Source of the DNA: the human T2T-CHM13v2.0 reference genome, Homo sapiens
NCBI RefSeq assembly: GCF_009914755.1
Contig: NC_060934.1
Reading direction: 5' to 3' (one strand)
DNA length: 64,000 bases
Each line of letters begins with the position of its first letter. Within the stretch, counting starts at the first letter, position 1. Both the position numbers and the translations under genes were made by a program. Shown here piece by piece: positions 39,501-53,800 of this stretch. A model generated the notes under the pieces. The model did not search any database and had not been told where the DNA came from. It worked only from the letters and a program-made list of their open reading frames with translations.

Positions 39501-41348
39501 ATCTTCGTGTAAAATTAGACAGAATCATTGTCAGAAACTACTTTGTGATGTGTGCTTTCAGCTCACAGAGTTTCACCTTTCTTTTCATAGAGCAGTTTGG
39601 AAAGACTCTGTTTGTAATGTCTGCTAGTGAATACCTGGACCCCTTTGAGGCCTTCGTTAGAAGCGGAATTTTTTCATATACTGCTAGACAGAAGAATTCT
39701 CAGTAAATATTTGTGCTGTGTGTATTCAACACACAGAGTTGAACCATCCTTTATCCTGAGCAGTTTTGAAACACTCTTTGTGTGGAATTTGCAAGTGGAG
39801 AATTCAAGCGATTTGAGGCCAATCTTAGACATGGAAATATCTTCGTAGTAAAACTACACAGAGTCATTCGCAGAAACTAGTTTCTGATGTGTGCCTACAA
39901 CTCACAGAGTTTAATCTTTCTTTTAATAGAGCAGTTTGGAAACACTCCATTTGTAAAGTCTGCAAGTGGTTATTTGGACCTCTCTGAGGCCTTCGTTGGA
40001 AACGGGATTTCTTCATATAACGCTAGACAGAAGAATTCTCAGTAACTTCTTTGTGTTGTGTGTATTCAACTCACAGGGTTGAACCTTTCTTTACAGAGAG
40101 CAGATTTGAAACATTCTTTCCGTGGAATTTGCTAGTGCAGATTTCAAATGCTTCGAGGACAATGGTAGAAAGGGATATATCTTCGTATTAGAACGAGAGA
40201 AAATCATTCTCAGAAAACACTTTGTAATGTGTGCGTTCAACTCACAGAGTTTAACCTTTCTTTTAATCGAGCAGTTTGGAAACACTGTCTTTTTAATGTC
40301 TGCAAGTCGTTAATTGGCCCTCTTTGAGCCCGTCTTTGGAAACGAGATTTCCTCATATAATGCTAGACAGAAGAATTCTCAGTAACTTCTTTGTGTTGTT
40401 TGTATTCAACTCACGGATTTGAACCTTCCTTTAGAGAGAGCAGATTTGAAACACTCTTTTTTTGGAATTTGCAAGTGCAGACTTCAAGCGCTTCTGGGCC
40501 TATGGCAGAAAAGGAAATATCTTCGTATAAAAACTACACAGAATCATTCTCAAGAACCACTTTGTGATGTGTGCGTTCAACTCACAGATTTTAACCTTTC
40601 TTTTAATCGAGCAGTTTGGAAACACTCTGTTTGTAAAGTCTGCAAGTGCATATTTGGACTTCTTTGAGGCCTTCATTGGAAACGGGATTTCTTCATATAA
40701 TGCTAGACAGAAGAATTCTCAGTCACCTCTTTGTGTTGTGTGTATTGATCTCACAGATTTGAACCTTCCTTTAGACAGAGCAGTTTTGAAAAACTCTTTC
40801 TGTGAAATTTGCAAGTGGAGATTTCAAGTGATTTGAGGCCAATCTTTGAAATGGAAATATCTTCGTGTAAAATTAGACAGAATCATTGTCAGAAACTACT
40901 TTGTGATGTGTGCGTTCAGCTCACAGAGTTTCACCTTTCTTTTCATAGAGCAGTTTGGAAAGACTCTGTTTGTAATGTCTGCTAGTGAATACTTGGACCC
41001 CTTTGAGGCCTTCTTTAGAAGCGGAATTTTTTCATATACTGCTAGACAGAAGAATTCTCAGTAAATCTTTGTGCTGTGTGTATTCAACACACAGAGTTGA
41101 ACCTTCCTTTATCCTGAGCAGTTTTGAAACACTCTTTCTGTGGAATTTGCAAGTGGAGATTTCAAGCGATTTGACGCCAATCTTAGTCATGGAAATATCT
41201 TCGTAGTAAAACTACACAGAGTCATTCGCAGAAACTAGTTTCTGATGTGTGCCTTCAACTCACAGAATTTAACCTTTCCATTAGTAGAGCAGTTTGGAAA
41301 CACTCCATTTGTAAAGTCTGCAAGTGGATATTTGGACCTCTCTGAGTC

Positions 41349-41365
41349 CTTCGTTGGAAACACGA
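41349..41365 (+). promoter_or_regulatory. Disrupted m8 CENP-B box; copies at ~50513 and ~59677
   Basis: CTTCGTTGGAAACACGA has CGGG changed to CACG. It recurs at +9164 and +18328. Confidence 0.87.
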
Positions 41366-42837
41366 TTTCTTCATATAACGCTAGGCAGAAGAATTCTCAC
41401 TAACTTCTTTGTGTTGTGTGTATTCAACTCACAGGGTTGAACCTTTCTTTACAGAGAGCAGATTTGAAACATTCTTTCCGTGGAATTTGCTAGTACAGAT
41501 TTCAAACGCTTTGAGGACAATGGTAGAAAAGGATATATCTTCGTATTAGAACGAGAGAAAATCATTCTCAGAAAACACTTTGTAATGTGTGCGTTCAACT
41601 CACAGAGTTTAACCTTTATTTTAATCGAGCAGTTTGGAAACACTGTCTTTGTAATGTCTGCAAGTGGTTAATTGGCCCTCTTTGAGCCCTTCTTTGGAAA
41701 CGAGATTTCCTCATATAATGCTAGACAGAAGAATTCTCAGTAACTTCTTTGTGTTGTTTGTATTCAACTCACGGATTTGAACCTTCCTTTAGAGAGAGCA
41801 GATTTGAAACACTCTTTTTTTGGAATTTGCAAGTGCAGACTTCAAGCGCTTCTGGGCCTATGGCAGAAAAGGAAATATCTTCGTATAAAAACTACACAGA
41901 ATCATTCTCAAGAACGACTTTGTGATGTGTGCGTTCAACTCACAGATTTTAACCTTTCTTTTAATCGAGCAGTTTGGAAACACTCTGTTTGTAAAGTCTG
42001 CAAGTGCATATTTGGACTTCTTTGAGGCCTTCATTGGAAACGGGATTTCTTCATATAATGCTAGACAGAAGAATTCTCAGTCACCTCTTTGTGTTGTGTG
42101 TATTGATCTCACAGATTTGAACCTTCCTTTAGACAGAGCAGTTTTGAAAAACTCTTTCTGTGGAATTTGGAAGTGGAGATTTCAAGTGATTTGAGGCCAA
42201 TCTTTGAAATGGAAATATCTTCTTGTAAAATTAGACAGAATCATTGTCAGAAACTAGTTTGTGATGTGTGCGTTCAGCTCACAGTGTTTCACCTTTCTTT
42301 TCATAGAGCAGTTTGGAAAGACTCTGTTTGTAATGTCTGCTAGTGAATACTTGGACCCCTTTGAGGCCTTCGTTAGAAGCGGAATTTTTTCATATACTGC
42401 TAGACAGAAGAATTCTCAGTAAATCTTTTTGCTGTGTGTATTCAACACACAGAGTTGAACCTTCCTTTATCCAGAGCAGTTTTGAAACACTCTTTCTGTG
42501 GAATTTGCAAGTGGAGATTTCAAGCGATTTGACGCCAATCTTAGTCATGGAAATATCTTCGTAGTAAAACTACACAGAGTCATTTGCAGAAACTAGTTTC
42601 TGATGTGAGCCTTCAACTCACAGAATTTAACCTTTCTTTTAATAGAGCAGTTTGGAAACACTCCATTTGTAAAGTCTGCAAGTGGATATTTGGACCTCTC
42701 TGAGGCCTTCGTTGGAAACGGGATTTCTTCATATAACGCTAGACAGAAGAATTCTCACTAACTTCTTTGTGTTGTGTGTATTCAACTCACAGGGTTGAAC
42801 CTTTCTTTACAGAGAGCAGATTTGAAACATTCTTTCC

Positions 42838-44871
42838 GTGGAATTTGCTAGTGCAGATTTCAAACGCTTCGAGGACAATGGTAGAAAAGGGTATATCTTC
42901 GTATTAGAACGAGAGAAAATCATTCTCAGAAAACACTTTGTAATGTGTGCGTTCAACTCACAGAGTTTAACCTTTCTTTTAATCGAGCCGTTTGGAAACA
43001 CTGTCTTTGTAATGTCTGCAAGTGGTTAATTGGCCCTCTTTGAGCCCGTCTTTGGAAACGAGATTTCCTCATATAATGCTAGACAGAAGAATTCTCAGTA
43101 ACTTCTTTGTGTTGTTTGTATTCAACTCACGGATTTGAACCTTCCTTTAGAGAGAGCAGATTTGAAACACTCTTTTTTTGGAATTTGCAAGTGCAGACTT
43201 CAAGCGCTTCTGGACCTATGGCAGAAAAGGAAATATCTTCGTATAAAAACTACACAGAATCATTCTCAAGAACGACTTTGTGATGTGTGCGTTCAACCCA
43301 CAGATTTTAACCTTTCTTTTAATCGAGCAGTTTGGAAACACTCTGTTTGTAAAGTCTGCAATTGCATATTTGGACTTCTTTGAGGCCTTCATTGGAAACG
43401 GGATATCTTCATATAATGCTAGACAGAAGAATTCTCAGTCACCTCTTTGTGTTGTGTGTATTGATCTCACAGATTTGAACCTTCCTTTAGACAGAGCAGT
43501 TTTGAAAAACTCTTTCTGTGGAATTTGCAAGTGGAGATTTCATGTGATTTGAGGCCAATCTTTGAAATGGAAATATCTTCGTGTAAAATTAGACAGAATC
43601 ATTGTCAGAAACTACTTTGTGATGTGTGCGTTCAACTCACAGGGTTTAACCTTTCTTTTCATAGAGCAGTTTGGAAACACTCTGGTTGTAAAGTCTGCAA
43701 GTGCATATTTGGACTTCTTTGAGGCCTTCGTTGGAAATGGGATTTCTTCATATAATGCCAAACAGAAGAATTCTCAGTCACCTCTTTGTATTGTGTGTAT
43801 TGATCTCACAGATTTGAACCTTCCTTTAGACAGAGTAGTTTTGAAACACTCTTTCTGTGGAATTCGCAAGTGGAGATTTCATGTGATTTGAGGCCAATCT
43901 TTGAAATGGAAATATCTTCGTGTAAAATTAGACAGAATCATTCTCAGAAACTACTTTGTGATGTGTGCGTTCAGCTCACAGAGTTTCACCTTTCTTTTCA
44001 TAGGTCAGTTTGGAAAGACTCTCTCTGTAATGTCTGCTGCTGAATACTTGGACCCCTTTGAGGTCTTCGTTGGAAGCGGAATTTTTTCATATACTGCTGG
44101 ACAGAATAATTCTCAGTAAATCTTTGTTCTGTGTGTATTCAACACACAGAGTTGAACCTTCCTTTATCCAGAGCAGTTTTGAAACACTCTTTCTGTGGAA
44201 TTTGCAAGTGGAGATTTCAAGTGATTTGAGGCCAATCTTTGAAATGGAAATATCTTCGTGTAAAATTATACAGAATCATTGTCAGAAACTAGTTTGTGAT
44301 GTGTGCATTCAGCTCACAGAGTTTCACCTTTCTTTTCATAGAGCAGTTTGTAAAGACTCTGTTTGTAATGTCTGCTAGTGAATACTTGGACCCCTTTGAG
44401 GCCTTCGTTAGAAGCGGAATTTTTTCATATACTGCTAGACAGAAGAATTCTCAGTAAATCTTTGTGCTGTGTGTATTCAACACACAGAGTTGAACCATCC
44501 TTTATCCTGAGCAGTTTTGAAACACTCTTTGTGTGGAATTTGCAAGTGGAGAATTCAAGCGATTTGAGGCCAATCTTAGACATGGAAATATCTTCGTAGT
44601 AAAACTACACAGAGTCATTCGCAGAAACTAGTTTCTGATGTGTGCCTTCAACTCACAGAATTTAATCTTTCTTTTAATAGAGCAGTTTGGAAACACATCA
44701 TTTGTAAAGACTGCAAGTGGTTATTTGGACCTCTCTGAGGCCTTCGTTGGAAACGGGATTTCTTCATATAACGCTAGACAGAAGAATTCTCAGTAACTTC
44801 TTTGTGTTGTGTGTATTCAACTCACAGGGTTGAACCTTTCTTTCAGAGAGCAGGTTTGAAACATTCTTTAA
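42838..44871 (+). repeat. 12-mer HOR variant type 2 (2034 bp) with two hybrid monomers; copies at 52002-54035 and 61167-63199
   Basis: Anchor spacing is 2034/2034/2033 bp. It lacks the GATTACATGCG monomer and contains a hybrid junction near 43605-43635 and an m7/m5 junction near 44186-44222. Confidence 0.87.
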
Positions 44872-47800
44872 GTGGAATTTGCTAGTGCAGATTTCAAACG
44901 CTTCGAGGACAATGGTAGAAAAGGATATATCTTCGTATTAGAACGAGAGAAAATCATTCTCAGAAAACACTTTGTAATGTGTGCGTTCAACTCACAGAGT
45001 TTAACCTTTCTTTTAATCGAGCAGTTTGGAAACACTCTCTTTGTAATGTCTGCAAGTGGTTAATTGGCCCTCTTTGAGCCCTTCTTTGGAAACGAGATTT
45101 CCTCACATAAGGCTAGACAGAAGAATTCTCAGTAACTTCTTTGTGTTGTTTGTATTCAACTCACGGATTTCAACCTTCCTTTAGAGAGAGCAGATTTGAA
45201 ACACTCTTTTTTTGGAATTTGCAAGGGCAGATTTCAAGCGCTTCTAGGCCTATGGCAGAAAAGGAAATATCTTCGTATAAAAACTACACAGAATCATTCT
45301 CAAGAACTACTTTGTGATGTGTGCGTTCAACTCACAGATTTTAACCTTTCTTTTAATCGAGCAGTTTGGAAACACTCTGTTTGTAAAGTCTGCAAGTGCA
45401 TATTTGGACTTCTTTGAGGCCTTCGTTGGAAACGGGATTTCTTCATATACTGCTAGACAGAAGAATTCTCAGTCACTTCTTTGTGTTGTGTGTAGTCAAG
45501 TCACAGAGTTGTACCTTCATTTAGACAGAGCAGTTTTGAAAAACTCTTTCTGTGGAATTTGCAAGTGGAGATTACATGCGATTTAAGGCCAATCTTTGAA
45601 ATGGAAATATCTCCGTGTAAAAACTAGACAGAATCATTCTCAGAAACTACTTTGTGATGTGTGCGTTCAACTCACAGGGTTTAACCTTTCTTTTCATAGA
45701 GCAGTTTGGAAGCACTCTGGTTGTAAAGTCTGCAAGTGCATATTTGGACTTCTTTGAGGCCTTCGTTGGAAATGGGATTTCTTCATATAATGCCAGACAG
45801 AAGAATTCTCAGTCACCTCTTTGTGTTGTGTGTATTGATCTCACAGATTTGAACCTTCCTTTAGACAGAGCAGTTTTGAAAAACTCTTTCTGTGGAATTT
45901 GCAAGTGGAGATTTCATGTGATTTGAGGCCAATCTTTGAAATGGAATTATCTTCGTGTAAAATTAGACAGAATCATTCTCAGAAACTACTTTGTGATGTG
46001 TGCGTTCAGCTCACAGAGTTTCACCTTTCTTTTCATAGATCAGTTTAGAAAGACTCTCTCTGTAATGTCTGCTACTGAATACTTGGACCCCTTTGAGGTC
46101 TTCGTTGGAAGCGGAATTTTTTCATATACTGCTGGACAGAATAATTCTCAGTAAATCTTTGTGCTGTGTGTATTCAACACACAGAGTTGAACCTTCCTTT
46201 ATCCAGAGCAGTTTTGAAACACTCTTTCTGTGGAATTTGCAAGTGGAGATTTCAAGCGATTTGACGCCAATCTTAGTCATGGAAATATCTTCGTAGTAAA
46301 ACTACACAGAGTCAATCGCAGAAACTAGTTTCTGATGTGTGCCTTCAACTCACAGAATTTAACCTTTCTTTTAATAGAGCAGTTTGGAAACACTCTATTT
46401 GTAAAGTCTGCAAGTGGATATTTGGACCTCTCTGAGGCCTTCGTTGGAAACGGGATTTCTTCATATAACGCCAGACAGAAGAATTCTCAGTAACTTCTTT
46501 GTGTTGTGTGTATTCAACTCACAGGGTTGAACCTTTCTTTACAGAGAGCAGATTTGAAACATTCTTTCCGTGGAATTTGCTAGTGCAGATTTCAAACGCT
46601 TCGAGGACAATGGTAGAAAAGGATATATCTTCGTATTAGAACGAGAGAAAATCATTCTCAGAAAACACTTTGTAATGTGTGCGTTCAACTCACAGAGTTT
46701 AACCTTTCTTTTAATCGAGCAGTTTGGAAACACTCTCTTTGTAATGTCTGCAAGTGGTTAATTGGCCCTCTTTGAGGCCTTCTTTGGAAACGAGATTTCC
46801 TCACATAATGCTAGACAGAAGAATTCTCAGTAACTTCTTTGTGTTGTTTGTATTCAACTCACGGATTTGAACCTTCCTTTAGAGAGAGCAGATTTGAAAC
46901 ACTCTTTTTTGGGAATTTGCAAGGCCAGATTTCAAGCGCTTCTAGGCCTATGGCAGAAAAGGAAATATCTTCGTATAAAAACTACACAGAATCATTCTCA
47001 AGAACTACTTTGTGATGTGTGCGTTCAACTCACAGATTTTAACCTTTCTTTTAATCGAGCAGTTTGGAAACACTCTGGTTGTAAAGTCTGCAAGTGCATA
47101 TTTGGACTTCTTTGAGGCCTTCATTGGAAACGGGATTTCTTCATATAATGCTAGACAGAAGAATTCTCAGTCACCTCTTTGTGTTGTGTGTATTGATCTC
47201 ACAGATTTGAACCTTCCTTTAGACAGAGCAGTTTTGAAAAACTCTTTCTGTGGAATTTGCAAGTGGAGATTTCAAGAGATTTGACGCCATTCTTTGAAAT
47301 GGAAATATCTTCGTGTAAAATTAGACAGAATCATTGTCAGAAACTAGTTTGTGATGTGTGCGTTCAGCTCACAGAGTTCCACCTTTCTTTTCATAGATCA
47401 GTTTGGAAAGACTCTCTCTGTAATGTCTGCTACTGAATACTTGGACCCCTTTGAGGTCTTCGTTGGAAGCGGAATTTTTTCATATACTGCTGGACACAAT
47501 AATTCTCAGTAAATCTTTGTGCTGTGTGTATTCAACACACACAGTTGAACCTTCCTTTATCCAGAGCAGTTTTGAAACACTCTTTCTGTGGAATTTACAA
47601 GTGGAGATTTCAAGCGATTTGACGCCAATCTTAGTGATGGAAATATCTTCGTAGTAAAACTACACAGAGTCATTCGCAGAAACTAGTTTCTGATGTGTGC
47701 CTTCAACTCACAGAATTTAACCTTTCTTGTAATAGAGCGGTTTGGAAACACTCTATTTGTAAAGTCTGCAAGTGGACATTTGGATCTCTCTGAGGCCTTC

Positions 47801-50800
47801 GTTGGAAACGGGATTTCTTCATATAACGCTAGACAGAAGAATTCTCAGTAACTTCTTTCTGTTGTGTGTATTCAACTCACAGGGTTGAACCTTTCTTTAC
47901 AGAGAGCAGATTTGAAACATTCTTTCCGTGGAATTTGCTAGTGCAGATTTCAAACGCTTCGAGGACAATGGTAGAAAATGATATATCTTCGTATTAGAAC
48001 GAGAGAAAATCATTCTCAGAAAACACTTTGTAATGTGTGCGTTCAACTCACAGAGTTTAACCTTTCTTTTAATCGAGCAGTTTGGAAACACTGTCTTTGT
48101 AATGTCAGCAAGTCGTTAATTGGCCCTCTTTGAGCCCGTCTTTGGAAACGAGATTTCCTCATATAATGCTAGACAGAAGAATTCTCAGTAACTTCTTTGT
48201 GTTGTTTGTATTCAACTCACGGATTTGAACCTTCCTTTAGAGAGAGCAGATTTGATACACACTTTTTTTGGAATTTGCAAGTGCAGACTTCAAGCGCTTC
48301 TGGGCCTATGGCAGAAAAGGAAATATCTTCGTATAAAAACTACACAGAATCATTCTCAAGAACGACTTTGTGATGTGTGCGTTCAACTCACAGATTTTAA
48401 CCTTTCTTTTAATCGAGCAGTTTGGAAACACTCTGTTTGTAAAGTCTGCAAGTGCATATTTGGACTTCTTTGAGGCCTTCATTGGAAACGGGATTCCTTC
48501 ATATAATGCTAGACAGAAGAATTCTCAGTCACCTCTTTGTGTTGTGTGTATCGATCTCACAGATTTGAACCTTCCTTTAGACAGGGCAGTTTTGAAAAAC
48601 TCTTTCTGTAGAATTTGCAAGTGGAGATTTCAAGTGATTTGAGGCCAATCCTTGAAATGGAAATATCTTCGTGTAAAATTAGACAGAATCATTGTCAGAA
48701 ACTACTTTGTGATGTGTGCGTTCAGCTCACAGAGTTTCACCTTTCTTTTCATAGAGCAGTTTGGAAAGACTCTGTTTGTAATGTCTGCTAGTGAATACCT
48801 GGACCCCTTTGAGGCCTTCGTTAGAAGCGGAATTTTTTCATATACTGCTAGACAGAAGAATTCTCAGTAAATATTTGTGCTGTGTGTATTCAACACACAG
48901 AGTTGAACCATCCTTTATCCTGAGCAGTTTTGAAACACTCTTTGTGTGGAATTTGCAAGTGGAGAATTCAAGCGATTTGAGGCCAATCTTAGACATGGAA
49001 ATATCTTCGTAGTAAAACTACACAGAGTCATTCGCAGAAACTAGTTTCTGATGTGTGCCTACAACTCACAGAGTTTAATCTTTCTTTTAATAGAGCAGTT
49101 TGGAAACACTCCATTTGTAAAGTCTGCAAGTGGTTATTTGGACCTCTCTGAGGCCTTCGTTGGAAACGGGATTTCTTCATATAACGCTAGACAGAAGAAT
49201 TCTCAGTAACTTCTTTGTGTTGTGTGTATTCAACTCACAGGGTTGAACCTTTCTTTACAGAGAGCAGATTTGAAACATTCTTTCCGTGGAATTTGCTAGT
49301 GCAGATTTCAAACGCTTCGAGGACAATGGTAGAAAGGGATATATCTTCGTATTAGAACGAGAGAAAATCATTCTCAGAAAACACTTTGTAATGTGTGCGT
49401 TCAACTCACAGAGTTTAACCTTTCTTTTAATCGAGCAGTTTGGAAACACTGTCTTTTTAATGTCTGCAAGTCGTTAATTGGCCCTCTTTGAGCCCGTCTT
49501 TGGAAACGAGATTTCCTCATATAATGCTAGACAGAAGAATTCTCAGTAACTTCTTTGTGTTGTTTGTATTCAACTCACGGATTTGAACCTTCCTTTAGAG
49601 AGAGCAGATTTGAAACACTCTTTTTTTGGAATTTGCAAGTGCAGACTTCAAGCGCTTCTGGGCCTATGGCAGAAAAGGAAATATCTTCGTATAAAAACTA
49701 CACAGAATCATTCTCAAGAACCACTTTGTGATGTGTGCGTTCAACTCACAGATTTTAACCTTTCTTTTAATCGAGCAGTTTGGAAACACTCTGTTTGTAA
49801 AGTCTGCAAGTGCATATTTGGACTTCTTTGAGGCCTTCATTGGAAACGGGATTTCTTCATATAATGCTAGACAGAAGAATTCTCAGTCACCTCTTTGTGT
49901 TGTGTGTATTGATCTCACAGATTTGAACCTTCCTTTAGACAGAGCAGTTTTGAAAAACTCTTTCTGTGAAATTTGCAAGTGGAGATTTCAAGTGATTTGA
50001 GGCCAATCTTTGAAATGGAAATATCTTCGTGTAAAATTAGACAGAATCATTCTCAGAAACTACTTTGTGATGTGTGCGTTCAGCTCACAGAGTTTCACCT
50101 TTCTTTTCATAGAGCAGTTTGGAAAGACTCTGTTTGTAATGTCTGCTAGTGAATACTTGGACCCCTTTGAGGCCTTCGTTAGAAGCGGAATTTTTTCATA
50201 TACTGCTAGACAGAAGAATTCTCAGTAAATCTTTGTGCTGTGTGTATTCAACACACAGAGTTGAACCTTCCTTTATCCTGAGCAGTTTTGAAACACTCTT
50301 TATGTGGAATTTGCAAGTGGAGATTTCAAGCGATTTGACGCCAATCTTAGTCATGGAAATATCTTCGTAGTAAAACTACACAGAGTCATTCGCAGAAACT
50401 AGTTTCTGATGTGTGCCTTCAACTCACAGAATTTAACCTTTCCTTTAGTAGAGCAGTTTGGAAACACTCCATTTGTAAAGTCTGCAAGTGGATATTTGGA
50501 CCTCTCTGAGTCCTTCGTTGGAAACACGATTTCTTCATATAACGCTAGGCAGAAGAATTCTCACTAACTTCTTTGTGTTGTGTGTATTCAACTCACAGGG
50601 TTGAACCTTTCTTTACAGAGAGCAGATTTGAAACATTCTTTCCGTGGAATTTGCTAGTACAGATTTCAAACGCTTCGAGGACAATGGTAGAAAAGGATAT
50701 ATCTTCGTATTAGAACGAGAGAAAATCATTCTCAGAAAACACTTTGTAATGTGTGCGTTCAACTCACAGAGTTTAACCTTTATTTTAATCGAGCAGTTTG

Positions 50801-53800
50801 GAAACACTGTCTTTGTAATGTCTGCAAGTGGTTAATTGGCCCTCTTTGAGCCCTTCTTTGGAAACGAGATTTCCTCATATAATGCTAGACAGAAGAATTC
50901 TCAGTAACTTCTTTGTGTTGTTTGTATTCAACTCACGGATTTGAACCTTCCTTTAGAGAGAGCAGATTTGAAACACTCTTTTTTTGGAATTTGCAAGTGC
51001 TGACTTCAAGCGCTTCTGGGCCTATGGCAGAAAAGGAAATATCTTCGTATAAAAACTACACAGAATCATTCTCAAGAACGACTTTGTGATGTGTGCGTTC
51101 AACTCACAGATTTTAACCTTTCTTTTAATCGAGCAGTTTGGAAACACTCTGTTTGTAAAGTCTGCAAGTGCATATTTGGACTTCTTTGAGGCCTTCATTG
51201 GAAACGGGATTTCTTCATATAATGCTAGACAGAAGAATTCTCAGTCACCTCTTTGTGTTGTGTGTATTGATCTCACAGATTTGAACCTTCCTTTAGACAG
51301 AGCAGTTTTGAAAAACTCTTTCTGTGGAATTTGGAAGTGGAGATTTCAAGTGATTTGAGGCCAATCTTTGAAATGGAAATATCTTCTTGTAAAATTAGAC
51401 AGAATCATTGTCAGAAACTAGTTTGTGATGTGTGCGTTCAGCTCACAGAGTTTCACCTTTCTTTTCATAGAGCAGTTTGGAAAGACTCTGTTTGTAATGT
51501 CTGCTAGTGAATACTTGGACCCCTTTGAGGCCTTCGTTAGAAGCGGAATTTTTTCATATACTGCTAGACAGAAGAATTCTCAGTAAATCTTTTTGCTGTG
51601 TGTATTCAACACACAGAGTTGAACCTTCCTTTATCCAGAGCAGTTTTGAAACACTCTTTCTGTGGAATTTGCAAGTGGAGATTTCAAGCGATTTGACGCC
51701 AATCTTAGTCATGGAAATATCTTCGTAGTAAAACTACACAGAGTCATTTGCAGAAACTAGTTTCTGATGTGAGCCTTCAACTCACAGAATTTAACCTTTC
51801 TTTTAATAGAGCAGTTTGGAAACACTCCATTTGTAAAGTCTGCAAGTGGATATTTGGACCTCTCTGAGGCCTTCGTTGGAAACGGGATTTCTTCATATAA
51901 CGCTAGACAGAAGAATTCTCACTAACTTCTTTGTGTTGTGTGTATTCAACTCACAGGGTTGAACCTTTCTTTACAGAGAGCAGATTTGAAACATTCTTTC
52001 CGTGGAATTTGCTAGTGCAGATTTCAAACGCTTCGAGGACAATGGTAGAAAAGGGTATATCTTCGTATTAGAACGAGAGAAAATCATTCTCAGAAAACAC
52101 TTTGTAATGTGTGCGTTCAACTCACAGAGTTTAACCTTTCTTTTAATCGAGCCGTTTGGAAACACTGTCTTTGTAATGTCTGCAAGTGGTTAATTGGCCC
52201 TCTTTGAGCCCGTCTTTGGAAACGAGATTTCCTCATATAATGCTAGACAGAAGAATTCTCAGTAACTTCTTTGTGTTGTTTGTATTCAACTCACGGATTT
52301 GAACCTTCCTTTAGAGAGAGCAGATTTGAAACACTCTTTTTTTGTAATTTGCAAGTGCAGACTTCAAGCGCTTCTGGACCTATGGCAGAAAAGGAAATAT
52401 CTTCGTATAAAAACTACACAGAATCATTCTCAAGAACGACTTTGTGATGTGTGCGTTCAACCCACAGATTTTAACCTTTCTTTTAATCGAGCAGTTTGGA
52501 AACACTCTGTTTGTAAAGTCTGCAATTGCATATTTGGACTTCTTTGAGGCCTTCATTGGAAACGGGATATCTTCATATAATGCTAGACAGAAGAATTCTC
52601 AGTCACCTCTTTGTGTTGTGTGTATTGATCTCAAAGATTTGAACCTTCCTTTAGACAGAGTAGTTTTGAAAAACTCTTTCTGTGGAATTTGCAAGTGGAG
52701 ATTTCATGTGATTTGAGGCCAATCTTTGAAATGGAAATATCTTCGTGTAAAATTAGACAGAATCATTGTCAGAAACTACTTTGTGATGTGTGCGTTCAAC
52801 TCACAGGGTTTAACCTTTCTTTTCATAGAGCAGTTTGGAAACACTCTGGTTGTAAAGTCTGCAAGTGCATATTTGGACTTCTTTGAGGCCTTCGTTGGAA
52901 ATGGGATTTCTTCATATAATGCCAAACAGAAGAATTCTCAGTCACCTCTTTGTATTGTGTGTATTGATCTCACAGATTTGAACCTTCCTTTAGACAGAGT
53001 AGTTTTGAAACACTCTTTCTGTGGAATTCGCAAGTGGAGATTTCATGTGATTTGAGGCCAATCTTTGAAATGGAAATATCTTCGTGTAAAATTAGACAGA
53101 ATCATTCTCAGAAACTACTTTGTGATGTGTGCGTTCAGCTCACAGAGTTTCACCTTTCTTTTCATAGGTCAGTTTGGAAAGACTCTCTCTGTAATGTCTG
53201 CTGCTGAATACTTGGACCCCTTTGAGGTCTTCGTTGGAAGCGGAATTTTTTCATATACTGCTGGACAGAATAATTCTCAGTAAATCTTTGTTCTGTGTGT
53301 ATTCAACACACAGAGTTGAACCTTCCTTTATCCAGAGCAGTTTTGAAACACTCTTTCTGTGGAATTTGCAAGTGGAGATTTCAAGTGATTTGAGGCCAAT
53401 CTTTGAAATGGAAATATCTTCGTGTAAAATTATACAGAATCATTGTCAGAAACTAGTTTGTGATGTGTGCGTTCAGCTCACAGAGTTTCACCTTTCTTTT
53501 CATAGAGCAGTTTGTAAAGACTCTGTTTGTAATGTCTGCTAGTGAATACTTGGACCCCTTTGAGGCCTTCGTTAGAAGCGGAATTTTTTCATATACTGCT
53601 AGACAGAAGAATTCTCAGTAAATCTTTGTGCTGTGTGTATTCAACACACAGAGTTGAACCATCCTTTATCCTGAGCAGTTTTGAAACACTCTTTGTGTGG
53701 AATTTGCAAGTGGAGAATTCAAGCGATTTGAGGCCAATCTTAGACATGGAAATATCTTCGTAGTAAAACTACACAGAGTCATTCGCAGAAACTAGTTTCT

